Shown: positions 1 to 13,040, counted from the first letter of the stretch. The stretch is 64,000 nt of DNA from Scyliorhinus canicula (GCF_902713615.1 NC_052159.1:153324651-153388650), one strand, 5' to 3'. A program made the numbers and translations. The notes: generated from the letters alone by a model not told the origin.

Positions 1-43
1 ATTTGGCTACAATCTCACTTCAGTAGTGATTGATCGTGCATCA
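1..43 (+). mobile_element. 3' end of an LTR cut by the window edge
   Basis: Ends ATTGATCGTGCATCA, identical to the terminus of the solo LTR at 27612-27828. Confidence 0.6.
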
Positions 44-1069
44 CATACATACATACACTAGTTACCCTACACAACTGCCTATACTTGCCAGTGACTATAT
101 CCATCGCCATAAGCAACAACTACAAAGAGGTTGCTTAAACTGTATTAAATGTGGCTGTTTCAGGCTGTTTAAGGAGCTGTTCATGTTTTATCTGCCCCTG
201 TCTGCTGTTCGAGAAACAGACTTTAAGACAAGGCTTAGAAATTTATGGCACAGGTTCAATCTTCTGAAAACAAAAGAGGTGCATTACTTGGAGATCTTAT
301 TAAAGCAGGAGAATTTGCCACCTCTGATTGCTTACATGACCTGACTGGTTCACTTAGACCGAGTGGAGAATTGCCACTTAAGAGCACATCTACCCTGTCG
401 AGCTCATCAAGCTGTGCTGAAGGTGAAATTCTCTTCTATCAATTGTGGCCAGCACCTCTTCAGATGAGAATGAACAGAACACTCAGGACACAGGACTCCA
501 CGATCCCTTTGGCTGCATGCACGGGTTTCAGAGTTACAGGCTGGTGTGTCGAGGGGAGGTTGTTTTCCAGGGGTCTGTGACGCCCTACAGCGGCTTTGAG
601 GTTCTCACAAGACTTGTGCCAGATGAGCGAGAGGGTTTAAGAGACACAAAGCTTTAAAGGTGGAGCTAATAAAGAGGTAAGAAACTTCAGGGAGGCAATT
701 TTTGAACTGATTCCAATAATAACAGATAGCCTGAGGACTTTCTCCGTGTCTGCCTATCACTGGGAAGGCCATAACGGTTGTCAATGTTTCTTGCCTTTGG
801 CTCATTACATTTGTCTAATAGTGACTCGGCACAACCGGAATGATCGCATGGGCTGAATCGGAGACCTGATTGACAAACTGATCAAGGGAGGGGTGGCAGA
901 GGGGGTGTTCTGGGCTTGCTCATTCCTGGAGAGGTGGGGGAAGAAAACGGTAAGCATCACGAAAAGTGAAGATAGGCAGGCCACCATAAATCCTTGATAT
1001 ACTTGAATTTAAATGTTTCCCATTCAATTTATGCACAGGTTGTCTGTGACACACGATAGTGAAAGATAT

Positions 1070-1412
1070 GGGCAGCACGGTAGCATGGTGGTTAGCATAA
1101 ATGCTTCACAGCTCCAGGGTCCCAGGTTCGATTCCCGGCTGGTTCACTGTCTGTGCGGAGTCTGCACATCCTCCCCGTGTGTGCGTGGGTTTCCTCCGGG
1201 TGCTCCGGTTTCCTCCCACAGTCCAAAGATGTGCGGGTGAGGTGGATTGGCCATGATAAATTACCCTTAGTGTCCTAAAGAATAAGGTTAATGGGGGGGG
1301 TTGTTGGGTTAAGGGTATGGGGTGAATATGTGGGTTTGAGTAGGGTGATCATTGCTCGGCACAACATCGAGGGCCGAAGGGCCTGTTCTGTGCTGTACTG
1401 TTCTAAATCTAA
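1070..1412 (+). mobile_element. HE1/V-SINE-type tRNA-derived SINE, CR1-like tail variant 1
   Basis: Head GGGCAGCACGGTAGCATGGTGGTTAGC, B-box-like GGTTCGATTCC, V-domain GTGGGTTTCCTCCGGGTGCTCCGGTTTCCTCCCACAGTCCAAAGA, tail GGGCCGAAGGGCCTGTTCTGTGCTGTA. Confidence 0.9.
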
Positions 1413-1733
1413 ATATCACACACCAGAACATAAGGAATAGCAGCAGGAGGAAACTGTGAGGCCCTCAAGCCTGGCTGCTCTACCATTCAACATAACCATG
1501 GTTCACTTTCTGTCTCGACTTCATTTCCCTGAGTACAGGAAAATCTGCCAATCCCAATCTTGAATATACTCATCAACTGGGTAGAAAGTTCCAGGGATTC
1601 AGAAAACATTTGAATGAAGAAATTTCCCCGAAATGGCCGACCCCCTCCCGGGGTTCTATGATTCCTAGTTTAGACTTTCAAGCTATGGCGAAATACTCAA
1701 TGGAGTGTGTGGGGTACACGTTCTTCGATCAAA

Positions 1734-2040
1734 GGGCGGTGCGGTGGCACGGTGGTTAGCACTGCTGTCTCACAGCGTCAGGGACCTGGGTTCAATTCTA
1801 GCCTCGGGTGACTGTGCAGAGTCTGCACGTTCTCCCCGCGTCTGCGTGGGTTTCCTCCGGGAGCTCCGGTTTCCTCCCACAGTCCAAAGATGCACAGGTT
1901 AGGTGGATTGGCCGTGATAAATTGCCCCTTAGTGTCCAAAAGGTTAGGTGGGGTTACTGGGTTACAGGACGTGGGTAGGATGGGCCCGTGGAGTGCCCTT
2001 ACAGAAGGCCTCCTCCTGCACTGCAGTGATTCTATTTTAT
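1734..2040 (+). mobile_element. HE1/V-SINE-type SINE
   Basis: Same head and V-domain; tail GGCCTCCTCCTGCACTG. Confidence 0.85.
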
Positions 2041-2377
2041 AATGTTCTAATGTAAGAATTAATAATAAAGGTCTATTCAAAGAGTCAGGATGGTTTGATT
2101 CTCTCACTATCAAGCACTTAGTGGACAATATCATGGAATCACACAGTGCAGAAGGAGGCCATCCATCCTGTCTGGCTTGTGCAGGCTCTGTGAAAGGGCT
2201 GCCATATTAATCCCACTCCCCTCCTTTATTGCAATAGCCCTACATCTTTCCCTTCAATTATTTAACCAATTATCTTATGAAAGTCACCACCGAATCTTCT
2301 CCTCCCACCTTTTCAGACAGTGCATCTGACGCCATAACGCCTTACTGCCTGAAAGAAAATTCTCATCTCCCCGCATC

Positions 2378-3210
2378 TGGAGGGACTTTCTTATGAGGAG
2401 AGGTTGAGTACGTTGGGTCTGCATTCACCGGAGTTTAGAAGAATGAGAGGCGACCATCGGCGCTACCAACAAGAAAGCACAACAGTGCCTGTACTTCCTC
2501 AGGAAACTAAGAAAATTCGGCATGTCCACATTAACTCTTACCAACTTTTACAGATGCACCATAGAAAATATCCTATCTGGCGGCATCACAGCCCGGTATG
2601 GCAACTGCTCGGCGCAAGATCGCAGAGAGTCGTGAATACCGCTCAGTCCATCACACGAACCTGCCTCCCATCCATTGACTCCATCTACAGCTCCCGCTGC
2701 CTGGGGAAAGCGGGCAGCATAATCAAAGACCCCCTCCCACCCGGCTTACTCATTCTTCCAACTTCTTCCATCGGGCAGGAGATACAGAAGGCTGAGAACG
2801 CGCACAAACAGACTCAAAAACAGTTTCTTCCCCGCTGTTACCAGACTCCTAAATGGCCCTCTTATGGACTGACCTCATTAACACTACACCCCTGTATGCT
2901 TCATCCGATGCCGGTGTTTATGTATTTACATTGTGTACCTTCTGTTGCCCTATTATGTATTTTCCTTTATTTTATTTTCATGTACTTAATGATCTGTTAA
3001 GCTGCTTGCAGAAAAATATTTTCAGTGTCCCTCGGTACACGTAACAATAAACAAAATCCATCCAATCCATCCTTAATGAGGCAAATCGGATTCTCAGGGG
3101 GCTTGACTTAGTAGATGCTGAGAGGTGGTATCCTCTTGTGGGCGTGTCTAGGAACAGAGGGAAAATTTCAGTGGAAGACAGAGATAAGGAGGAATTTCTT
3201 CTCTCAGAGC
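2378..3210 (+). mobile_element. Old CR1 LINE 3' fragment split by a Rex1/Babar insertion
   Basis: TATGAGGAGAGGTTGAGT...TTTAGAAGAATGAGAGG at 2390-2450; CR1 sequence resumes near 3072 (GGATTCTCAGGGGGCTTGAC...AGGAGGAATTTCTTCTCTCAGAG). Confidence 0.7.
2465..3070 (+). mobile_element. Rex1/Babar-clade LINE, 5'-truncated, RT C-terminus with frameshifts
   Basis: Translates across frames to KKAQQCLYFLRKLRKFGMS..LTNFYRCTIE..QRVVNTAQSIT..LPSIDSIYSSRCLGKAGSIIKDP..LLPSGRRY..KNSFFP; AATAAA followed by a (CAATC)n-like tail. Confidence 0.85.
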
Positions 3211-3689
3211 TTTTGGCCAGTAACTACCCGCTTGCAGCAGGAAGCCGATTTTAAAAGTGAAATCTGCGCATCTACCTGGGCTCCGATGATGCGGCCAACC
3301 GTCCTTTCTCTTGGGCAGCCTGGGGACTCCAGCGCCAGGGTCTCCGCAGGCTCCAGCCCGGCGCAATAGGAGTGCAGCCCAGTCCCCTTATGAGACAGCC
3401 AGCTTGGGAATGCCCATTGAGGCCAGGCATTTAAACGGATAGAAAAACAACAGGCAACTATTTTAAAGGTATGTGTACTTTTTTTAAATTGTTCTTTTTG
3501 TTCTTTCCTTTAAACTGGCATTTCTATTGTTGTTGATTCTTTTAAAGTAATTTTCAATTTTATTTTTTTAAAGGTGATACATCAGCAAAGGTTTGGTTAT
3601 TTGTTTTAAATCTGTGAAACTATTTGAATCTGCTCTATATTATTTTATAATTTTACGTGCGCCATTCTCCATGCGAATGACCTGCTCCT

Positions 3690-3820
3690 CTCCGTCTCAG
3701 AACCACAGGAATGGCTTGAGAGCCATCATGCAGCTCCTGAAAGAGTTCGGAACCTTCTCGGGTTATAAACTTAACCTGGGCAAGAGCGAGGCCTTCGCGG
3801 TGAAGTTACGGGGACCGTAA
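3690..3820 (+). mobile_element. L1/Tx1-like RT fragment
   Basis: IMQLLKEFGTFSGYKLNLGKSE matches the FG..SGYK.N..KSE motif that follows YADD in L1-clade RTs. Confidence 0.65.
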
Positions 3821-3854
3821 CTAATCCTGCAGGAAGTTACAGGCCAGAATCTGC

Positions 3855-4045
3855 AGACTTCTTTACCACAGAGAACTGTGGAGGATGGGTCAATGAGCAT
3901 GTTCAAGTCAGAGATAGACACATTTTTAATCAGTGAGGGAATCAAGGGTTATAAGACGGGAAAGTGGAATTGAGGATTATCGAACCACAGCAGTCATGGT
4001 CTCATTGAATGGTGGCAGAGCAGACTCAATGGGCTGAATGTCTGT
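3855..4045 (+). mobile_element. CR1 LINE 3' end
   Basis: TTCAAGTCAGAGATAGACACATTTTTAATCAGTGAGGGAATCAAGGGTTAT...ATGGGCTGAATG, tail TCTTATGGTCT. Confidence 0.75.
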
Positions 4046-4258
4046 TCATATGTCTTATGGTCTCTGTTTACCTCTATTTAAGTCTGTGATCTTTGGTTGC
4101 CAGTGAATGCAGAATTTCCCTGTGTACTCTGTCAAAACCTCATAGAGTCTAGTTCTAGTTTTATTCATAGTTTTATTCATATAGATGCTAGTTGAATGCA
4201 TGTAGCGAAGAGGCAAAGATATTAAAAGTGGCTTGACTGTGGGAACTCAGTCAGTGTC

Positions 4259-6968
4259 TCATAAGAACATAAGAACTAGGAGCAGAAGTAGACCGTCTGG
4301 CCCTTCGAGCCTGCTCTGCCATTCTATAAGATCATGGCTGATCTATTCGTGGTCTCAGAACCACTTACCCGCATTCTCGCCATATCCCGTAATTCCCTTA
4401 TTTTTCAAAAAAACATCTACCCTATCTTTAAATATATCCAATGAAGTAGCGTCTACTACTCCTTTCGGTAGGGAATTCCATACTTTAACCACCCTCTGGG
4501 TGAAGAAGTTCCTCCTTGATTCAGCCCTAAATCTGCTCCCCCTAATCTTGAGGCTATGCCCTCCTGTCTTACTTTCACCTACCAGTGGAAACATCCTTTC
4601 TACTTCTATCTTATCCATTCCCTTCAAAATTTTATATGTTTCTATTATGTAGATCCCCCCTCAACCTTCTGAATTCCAGTGAATATAATCCCAATCTACT
4701 CAGCCTCTCCTCATACGATAACCCCGTCAACTCCAGAATCAGCCTCGTGAACCTCCTCTGCACCCCCTCTAGTGCTAGCACATCCTTTCTCAAGTGTGGA
4801 GACCAAAACTGCACACAGTACTCCAGGTGTGGCCTCGCCAGCACCTTGTACAACTGCAACATTACCTCTACTTTTAAACTCAATCCCCTTCTCAATGAAG
4901 GACAAAATTCCATTTGCCTTCCTAATTACTTATTGCACCTGCAGACCAACCTTCTGTGACTCATGCACAAGTACACCCAGGTCCCTCTGCATAGCAGCAT
5001 GCTGCAGGATTTAAGTAATAATCCGTTCTATTGTTACTCCTACCAAAATGCACGACCTCACACTTATTGACATTATACTCCATCTGCCAGACCTTTGCCC
5101 TCTCATTCAATGTTTCAATGTTCCTCTGTAAGGTTTTACAGTCCTCAGTACACTTTGCTCTGCCACACACCTTCGTGTCATCTGCAAACTTGGATAACTT
5201 ACACGTAGTTCCCAACTCCAAATCGTCTATATAAATTGTAAATAATTGTGGTCCCAACACCGATCCCTGAGGCACACCACTCGTCACTGATTGCCAGCCA
5301 GAATAGCACTCATTTATTCCCACTCTTTATGTGGTGAATGAGATTCACACGGTATTATAGTTACCACTGTCTCTCTGTTCCAAGTATATATATATGTATC
5401 AATATTGTAAGTGCAGTTACACTACCTGACCACCAAGGGGAGTAGCTCTGGGAGTACTCGAGAGTTTGTACTGGGCTCCCCCCTTGGCTCCGCCCAGAAA
5501 TCCTCCCCCTGGAGCTGCTGTATAAAGATCCGTGCCACAGAGTCAGCCAGCCAGTTCACCGAAAGGTCAACGGCTAACAGGCTGGCTCTGTTGTAAGTAT
5601 ATTAAAACCGCTATTCTAATCCTACAAGCACGTGTCCGTAGAATTGATGGTTCCATCACTTTGTTTCCTGTTAGACAACCAATCCTCTATCCATGCTAGT
5701 ACTCTACCCTTAGCACCATGCATCCTTATCTTATGCAGCAGCCTCTTGTGCGGTACCTTGTCAAAGGCCTTTTGGAAATCTAGGTGCACTACATCCACTG
5801 GATCCCCTTTGTCTACCTTGCTCGAAATGTCTTCATAGAATTCCAAGAGATTCGTCAAGCATGACCTGCCCTTCATGAATCCATGCTGCGTCCGTTCAAT
5901 GGGACAATTTCTATCGAGGTCCCCTCCTATCTCTTTCTTGATAATAGACTCAAGCATCTTCCCCACGACAGAGGTTAAGCTAACCGGTCTATAATTCCCC
6001 ATCTTTTGTCTACTTCCCTTTTTAAACAGTGGCGTCACATTTGCTGTTTTCCAATCCTTTGGGACTGCCCCAGTGTTCAGCGAATTTTGGAAAATTACCG
6101 GCAGTGCATCTGCTAATACTCCAGCCATCTCTTTCAGTACCCTGGGATGCATTCCATCAGGGCCAGGAGACTTATCTATCCTGAGCTCCATTAGCTTGCC
6201 CAACACTTGCTCCTTCGTGATAATAATGGTTTCCAGGTCCTCACCTACCTTCTTCTCTCGGTCAATTGCTGGCATGTTATTAGTGTCCTCCACTGTGAAG
6301 ACCAATACAAAATATTTGTTCAATGCCTCCGCCATTTCATCATATCCCATAACTAAATGACCACTCTCATCCTCTAACGGACCAATGTTTACTTTAGCCA
6401 CTCTTTTTAGTTTTATATAATTATAAAGACTTTTGCTATCTGTCCTTATATCCTGTGCCAGTTTTCTTTCGTGTTCTATCTTACTTTTCTTTATGGCTCT
6501 TTTCGTGGCTTTCTGCTGACCTTAAAGTTTTCCCAATCTTCTAGTTTCCTGCTGATCGTGGCCACTTTGTAAGCCTTCTCTTTCAATTTGACAGCCTCAT
6601 ATATCTCCTTAGACACCCATGGTAGATTACCTCTTTTCTTACAATTCTTCCTTCTCACTGGAATATACTTTTGTTGAGCACTATGAAAGATTTCTTTGAA
6701 AGTACTCCACTGCTCCTCAACTGTCCTACCATAAAATATTTGTTTCCAGTCTACTTTAGCGAGGTCCTTCCTCATTCTATCGTAGTCCCCTTTGTTCAAG
6801 CATAGGACCCTGGTATTGGATTCTATCATCACACTCTCCATCTGTATACTAAATTCAACCATGCTGTGATCACTCCTCCCAAGAGGATCCCTAATGATGA
6901 GGTCATTAATTATTCCTGCCTCATTACACAGGACCAGATCTAGGATAGCTTGCTCTCTCGTCGGTTCA
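4259..6968 (-). mobile_element. CR1 LINE, ~2.4 kb 5'-truncated ORF2 (end of endonuclease, RT, 3' tail), pseudogenised; interrupted by a solo LTR
   Basis: ORFs 6491-6985 (PTREQAILDLVLCNE..LGRSDH), 5622-6401 (KSPGPDGMHPRVLKE..NYRPVSLTS..QHGF..LDFQKAFDKVPH), 4961-5323 (GVPQGSVLGP..FADD), 4632-4913 ([10 protein letters not shown]), 4355-4627 (FFTQRVVKVWNSLP). Confidence 0.95.
5330..5658 (+). mobile_element. Solo LTR inserted in CR1 RT
   Basis: TGTGGT...TTGATGGTTCCATCA; flanks CTTTA/CTTTG (5-bp TSD, 1 mismatch); TATAAA and ATTAAA inside; CR1 sequence continues across the site. Confidence 0.85.
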
Positions 6969-7387
6969 TATAATGAATTAACCATTGTATTCCAGTGTAT
7001 TCAGCACTGAGAACATACTGTACTCTGTCTAATCAGTTCTAGCAAGGTCTCCGCCAATCTGTGTAACATGGCAGGTGGAAGAAAACATATGCAGTACTTT
7101 TCCTAAGACTGCACATGCCGACATTAATATAGTTTTGATAGGCACCAGTCAATCTTAAGTAATGTCCAATGTTTGATTAATAAATCATCCTCTGAGTAAC
7201 AGGCATTCATTTGAGCAAACCAGGAGATCTCAGCTGAGATCCAGAAGCCAATGAAAGTAAACAAGGGGTTAAACCAGAGAAATAATTCCCTTAAAAGTTG
7301 GATCTCATGGTCGTTGTCTTTGTTCTTGAATTGTCTGTCTGTTTGTTTTGTGTTTAAAGTGATTTATTTTTGTGCTTAATGCTTTTA

Positions 7388-7733
7388 CCATAGACCATAG
7401 AATTTACAGTGCAGAAGGAGGCCATTCGGCCCATCGAGTCTGCACCGGCTCTTGGAAAGAGCACCCTACCCAAGGTCAACACCTCCACCCCATCCCCATA
7501 ACCCAGTAACCCCACCCAGCACTAAGGGCAATTTTTTTGGACGCTAAGGGCAATTTATCATGGCCAATTCACCTAACCCGCACATCTTTGGACTGTGGGA
7601 GGAAACCGGAGCACCTGGAGGAAACCCACGTACACACGGGGAGGATGTGCAGACTCCGCACAGACAGTGACGCAAGCCGGAATCGAACCTGGGACCCTGG
7701 AGCTGTGCTATCCACAAGGCTACCGTGCTGCCC
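7388..7733 (-). mobile_element. HE1/V-SINE-type SINE, CR1-like tail variant 2
   Basis: Reverse complement of head, V-domain and GACTCGATGGGCCGAATGGCCTCCTTCTGCACTGT tail. Confidence 0.9.
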
Positions 7734-7869
7734 ATGTGCTTGACTTTTTTGTGCAATGTTTGATCTTTTGTTTCTAATTTGTATTCAGTTCCAGCAAGTA
7801 ATTAGCAATAAAGTCTTATTTCTAACACCTCCGACCAACCGGACTACTGTTTCTTATTAGAAAGTAAAC

Positions 7870-8110
7870 TAAGAGTCTCAACAAAACCCTTCACCATTTT
7901 GAAGGCCTCTGTCAAATCTTCCCAATCCCTTCCGTGCTCCGAAGACGAACAGTCCCAGATTTTCCAATCTCTCCACATAACTGATACCATACCAGTAAAT
8001 CTCTCCTGTCAGCTCTCTCTCCCAGGCCCTCTTAATGTGTGGTGTCCAGGATCAGACGTAGCAATCCAGTTGTGACCTGAAGCGCACTGACACAGCTTGT
8101 AGTACAACTT
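7870..8110 (-). mobile_element. Old CR1 fragment
   Basis: Degenerate antisense match to CR1 RT C-terminal DNA (GTGTGGTGTCCAGGATC..ATCCAGTTGTGACCTGA). Confidence 0.5.
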
Positions 8111-8589
8111 GCCAAGTACTAGCTCACCTTTACATTCTTAAATCTTCCAGATAAAAACCCTCAGTTGCACCTCCTGAAAGGTCTGTACTTTGGTTAATAT
8201 CTTATGTGTCACCGCACTATACAGCACTCGTCAGAACTTAAGACGGAGCTTCATGCATGAAGTAAATTCAAGCTTTATTTTCTCTGCTTTCAGATGTCTC
8301 TTGATCAAGTCAGCTTGCTTGCAAATACAGAGTTTAAAAGTTTATTTTGTCCGAGCAAATACAGATGACTGAGTCAAATTCAATACAAATTACAGTTCTT
8401 GATGATTTCTTCAAATTAAAATAGAGAAGTTGAAAATAGACAAAATGGCGGCTTTTGGAGAAAAGCGCAGGAAATAGTTAAAGGCAGGAACTAAGATGAT
8501 TCCGGAATAACTTGCTCAAAACGGACACCTATTTTTGAGGTAATTGCTATTGCTAATACTCTGTCCCCTTTCTGTCTGTGATTGGGTCA

Positions 8590-8761
8590 TGAAATGAAAT
8601 GAAAATCACTTATTATCACAAGTAGGCTTCAAATGAAAAGCCCCTAGTCGCCACATTCCGGCACCTGTTCGGGGAGGCTGGTACGGGAATTGAACCGTGC
8701 TGCTGGCCTGCCTTGGTCTGCTTTCAAAGCCAGCGATTTAGCCGTGTATTAAACCAGCCCC
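8590..8761 (-). mobile_element. Short tRNA-derived SINE, type B (GGGGCTGGTTTA head)
   Basis: Reverse complement of the copies at 10346 and 46330; (CATTT)n tail. Confidence 0.85.
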
Positions 8762-9607
8762 ATAATAACTATAGTTCATTTTATTCGCTAGAAATGGCTG
8801 TCCATCAAATTTTTAGTATGGGGTGACTGTAACATCCCGTTCCCACCACACTCCATCAGCTCTCATGAACACTGAAGTAGGAACTTTGCCCAGATTCATA
8901 TACTAACGAATGTGTAACGAAAGTGTCTGTCTGGAGTTTTAATCTGATCATTCTCATGCTATTCAGCAGTTTTCACTGCCTGTCTGTTTGAACAGTGTGA
9001 CCTTAATCAACCATTTTGATCCTGAACCACTTTAATAAGCCATTTTGATTTTGAACCATTTCTTCCTTTTAAACGTATTATATAATAAACCTAGATTTCT
9101 ATCACCTCCCAACCAGAGACCGGCCAAAGGATTGTGCTGGGGTTCACTCAGACTCTGGGCTGTCTTCACCGATGCATTACACGGCACCTGGTAATGTTCG
9201 CTACCCGTCATTCAGGAATCATTCGGAAAAAAATTGATGCGATAATCAGGGCCCATCGCGAAAAATAAGCAATAGAAAATAATTGACAGTCAGGTCCAGA
9301 CCGAGCAGTTTGAGATAACTGACAATAATTTTCAACACAATTCACTTCAACACCTTTTGTTTTTTTTTATTATTTTGTGCATCGGTTTGGAAAAAATAAG
9401 CCTTACCTTTCATGTTCACCTGTTTTTTTTAGGATGGTTAGCCAGTAATTCTGCAGCACTGTTGCATTTTTCTGCCAAGTAGCGTTTTCCTCATTTTCTG
9501 CATCACATTACTTCCAAGAAGATGGTGCGAGTGACTCTGTGAACGTCAACGAGAGTGAAAGAAACAATCGTTAGTTAATTCTCAGACTTCCAGGAGACAA
9601 GCCAGGA

Positions 9608-9955
9608 GGGGCAGCACGGTAGCATTGTGGATAGCACAATGGCTTCACAGCTCCAGGGTCCCAGGTTCGATTCTGGCTTGGGTCACTGTCTGTGCGGAGT
9701 CTGCACATCCTCCCCGTGTGTGCGTGGGTTTCCTCCGGGTGCTCCGGTTCCTCCCACAGTCCAAAGATGTGCAGGTTAGGTGGATTGGCCATGATAAATT
9801 GCCCTTAGTGTTCGAAATTGCCCTTAGTGTTGGGTGGGGTTACTGGGTTATTGGGATAGGGTGGAGGTGTTGAACTTGGGTAGGGTGCTCTTTCTATGAG
9901 CTGGTGCAGACTCGATGGGCCAAATGGCCTCCTTCTGCACTGTAAATTCTATGAT
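9608..9955 (+). mobile_element. HE1/V-SINE-type SINE, tail variant 2
   Basis: Full head, V-domain and CR1-like tail. Confidence 0.9.
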
Positions 9956-10345
9956 CTATAAGCCTATCAGGGAGCGGTTGGATGTAGCGCTGGGATAAAA
10001 GAGAGTTGGAGATTTGAGCTTGCAAAAATCATGAGAGAGGCTTTGACAGTAAGTGACCAAATGGATTGAAAAACAGAAAATGATGTTGCCAAATGCAACC
10101 ATGCAAATACATAAACCATTTAAGCGGTATTTATGAAAATATATCAAAAAGTGTACTGAGCCAAAGATTTGTCATCTTACCCAAGGCACGTTAGCAGTCT
10201 ATAATTTTGGCACACATTTTGACAGGAACACATTCTCAGAGTATATTGTCAAACCAACCTCGTTAGGAATGTGTGCACGGAGGAGTGAATGAGTTATTCT
10301 CTTCTCATCAAAGCTCATCAGGTGCAGAATCTGGGGCTGAATCTA

Positions 10346-10512
10346 GGGGCTGTTTAGCACAGGGCTAAATCGCTGGCTTTGAAAGCAGGCCAGCAGCACG
10401 GTTCGATTCCCGTAACAGCCTCGCCGAACAGGCGCCGGAATGTGGCGACTAGGGGCTTTTCACAGTAACTTCATTGAAGCCTACTCGTGACAATAAGCGA
10501 TTTTCATTTCAT
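10346..10512 (+). mobile_element. Short SINE, type B
   Basis: GGGGCTGTTTAGCACAGGGCTAAATCG..GGTTCGATTCCCG..CCGAACAGGCGCCGGAATGTGGCGACTAGGGGCTTTTCACAGTAAC..TTTTCATTTCAT. Confidence 0.85.
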
Positions 10513-11068
10513 CAGATGCAGGAATTAGTGAATTAACTTCATTAAAGTAGCGCAGCAGCAATAACATGATTAATATTTTCAAAGACTACACATTCAGGAG
10601 TATATACAAATATTAACTGACAGGAATTTAAATCATTGCAGGCATCAATTGAATTTTACATATCACAGAGCAAAGTTGCCCAAAATTCACGTGAAGCCAG
10701 CAAGGATATTTTATCGTTAGAATCCTCTACAGCTGGCAGGTTAAACATTTTAAATAATCAGTACATGCAGTAAATTTATAGTGCATCTCAGATTATCACT
10801 CATAGACAATTAGATTCTGCATTGTTTTCGTACAACATTGCCTCTCCGAAGCAGCAGGCCACTGTTTTCATCTGCGGCGTTGGACCAGACTTTGCAGCAG
10901 GGGATGATGGTGAAATTGTCAGCAATCACCACCATTCCTCCACTGAAACTGACAGCAACTTCTAGAGACTGTGCATGCATGAAATAGCACGAAAATATAG
11001 AAGGCGTTGTCAATGATACTACACTCCTCCAGAGAACTGTTAAAGTCCTGCAAAGCGCAATCTCTGAA

Positions 11069-11672
11069 CAGCGATGTGCTACTGAGCCTTTATAAGGCTC
11101 TGGTTAGGCCCCATTTGGAGTACTGTGTCCAGTTTTGGGCCCCACATCTCAGGAAGGACATATTGGCACTGGAGCGTGTCCAGCGGAGATTCACACGGAT
11201 GATCCCTGGAATGGCGGGTCTAACATATGATGAACGGCTGAGGATCCTGGGATTGTATTCATTGGAGTTTAGAAGGTTAAGGGGAGATCTAATAGAAACT
11301 TACAAGATAATACATGGCTTAGAAAGGGTGGACGCAAAGAAACTGTTTCCGTTAGGCAAGGAGACGAGGACCCGTGGGCACAGCCTTAGAATTAGAGGGG
11401 GTAAATTCAGAACAGAAATGCGGAGACATTTCTTCAGCCAGAGAGTGGTGGGCTTGTGGAATTCATTGCCGCGGAGTGCAGTGGAGGCCCGGACGCTAAA
11501 TGGCTTCAAGGCAGAGATAGATAAATTCTTGATGTCGCGAGGAATTAAGGGCTACGGGGAGAATGCTGGTAGGTGGAGTTGAAATGCCCATCAGCCATGA
11601 TTGAATGGCGGAGTGGACTTGATGGGCCAAATGGCCTTACTTCCACTCCTATGTCTTTTGGTCTTATGGTCT
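11069..11672 (+). mobile_element. Young 5'-truncated CR1 3' end, reading frame intact to the stop at 11582
   Basis: [54 protein letters not shown], then a (TCTTATGG)-type tail. Confidence 0.92.
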
Positions 11673-11904
11673 AATCCGTGAATTATGAAGGCTTCCGCTT
11701 TTATACTATTTCTCCATAATGATAAAAAAGTCCACACGGTTGTAAAATAGTAATATTAATTTGTTTTAGTTTGTATCAAAATCCAAGCACGATTTATTTT
11801 ACCACCTGAAATTTTAAATTAGAAGTGACGGAAAGAGTGCTTTTACTTCCTGTTTTGCTGTCTGTGAGAATACCTCAATATGATTGGCTGCTTACCATGC
11901 TTTC

Positions 11905-13040
11905 TTTTCATTCGTGGAATGTGGACGTCACTAGCACAGTCAATATTTATTGCCCATTCCAAATTGCATTTCAGAAGGTGGTGGTGAGGCCCCTTCATGA
12001 ACTGTTGCAGGTTCTTATGGTGTCAGTACACCAGTTGTTAAGCAGGTAGCTACAGGGTATTGGCCCAGTGACAGGGAAGGAGCAACAATATATATCCAAG
12101 TCAGCATAGTGTGTTACTTGGAGGGGAACTTGCAGTTAGTGGTGTTCCCATGTGCCTGCTGCCCATACTCTCCTGGGCTGTAGCATTTGCTGATTTAGAA
12201 GGTACTGTCAGAGAAACATTTACATGTCGCTCTAGTGCATCTTGCCGCTGGAATGCACTATTACCACCATGAGTTGGTGGTGCAGTAAGTGAATGTTTAC
12301 GGTGGTGGATGGACTACCAGTCAAGTAGGCTGCTTTGTCCTGAATGGAATTTCTTGTGTGTTGTTGGGGCTGCACTCACCCAGGCAAGTGGGGAGTATTG
12401 CATCACACTCCTGACGTAAGCTTTTGAGTTAGTGGACAGGCTTTGGGGAGCCAGCAGGTGAGTCACACACTGCCGAATTCCTAGCCTCTGACCTGCCCTT
12501 GTAGCTACAATATTCATACAGTTAGTCCAGTTAAGGGTTTCTGGTAAATGGTGAATCGTAACCACGAGGTTGATGGTAGGGGATTCACCAAAGGTAATGC
12601 CAAGGAAAGATGGTTAGTTTCTCTCTAGTTACAGGTGATCTCTGCCTGATGCTTGTTTGGTGCAAGTTTTACTTTATCAATCCAGGCCAGAATTTTGCCC
12701 TGGTGAGCTCAAACTGTTTCAGAACCCCAGGAGCTGCGAGTCGAACTGCACATTGTGCTATCATCAGCGAACATCCCCACTTCAAACCTTATGCAAGTCA
12801 TTGATGAAGTAGCTGAAGATGGTTGGGCCCAGAACACTTCCTGAGGAACACCAAATGTCCTGGGGCTGAAATAATTGGCCTCCAACAATTTGACCACCGT
12901 CTTCTATTGTGCGAGGCATGACTCCTACCAGTGGAGTGTTTTCCCCCCATTTTCCATTGACTTGAATTTTGTGAGTGTTTCTTGATGCCACCTTGGGCAA
13001 ATGCTGCCTTGATGTCAGGGCCAGTTAATCTCACCTCATC
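11905..13040 (-). mobile_element. Old CR1/L2-group LINE 3' portion with RT remnants
   Basis: GSVLGPTIFSYFINDL, VGMFADD, AGQRLGI, VRSVMQYSPLAWVSAAPTT in broken ORFs; 3' tail GGGCAATAAATA on the minus strand near 11950. Confidence 0.8.

Noticed and set aside
1070-1145. tRNA genes suggested by A/B-box motifs here and at other SINE heads
   Set aside because: Each runs into a SINE body and I could not fold a full cloverleaf
1013-1240. Recurrent short ORFs such as HCLCGVCTSSPCVRGFPPGAPVSSHSPK and SLHVLPVSAWVSSGCSGFLPQSKD
   Set aside because: Translations of the V-SINE body, not a protein family
4259-6968. Active CR1 element
   Set aside because: 5'-truncated, frameshifted and interrupted by a solo LTR
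10810-11046. Possible terminal coding exon on the minus strand (also 46646-46855, 60278-60380, and 445-657 on plus)
   Set aside because: The peptides match nothing I recognise and do not link into a consistent gene model
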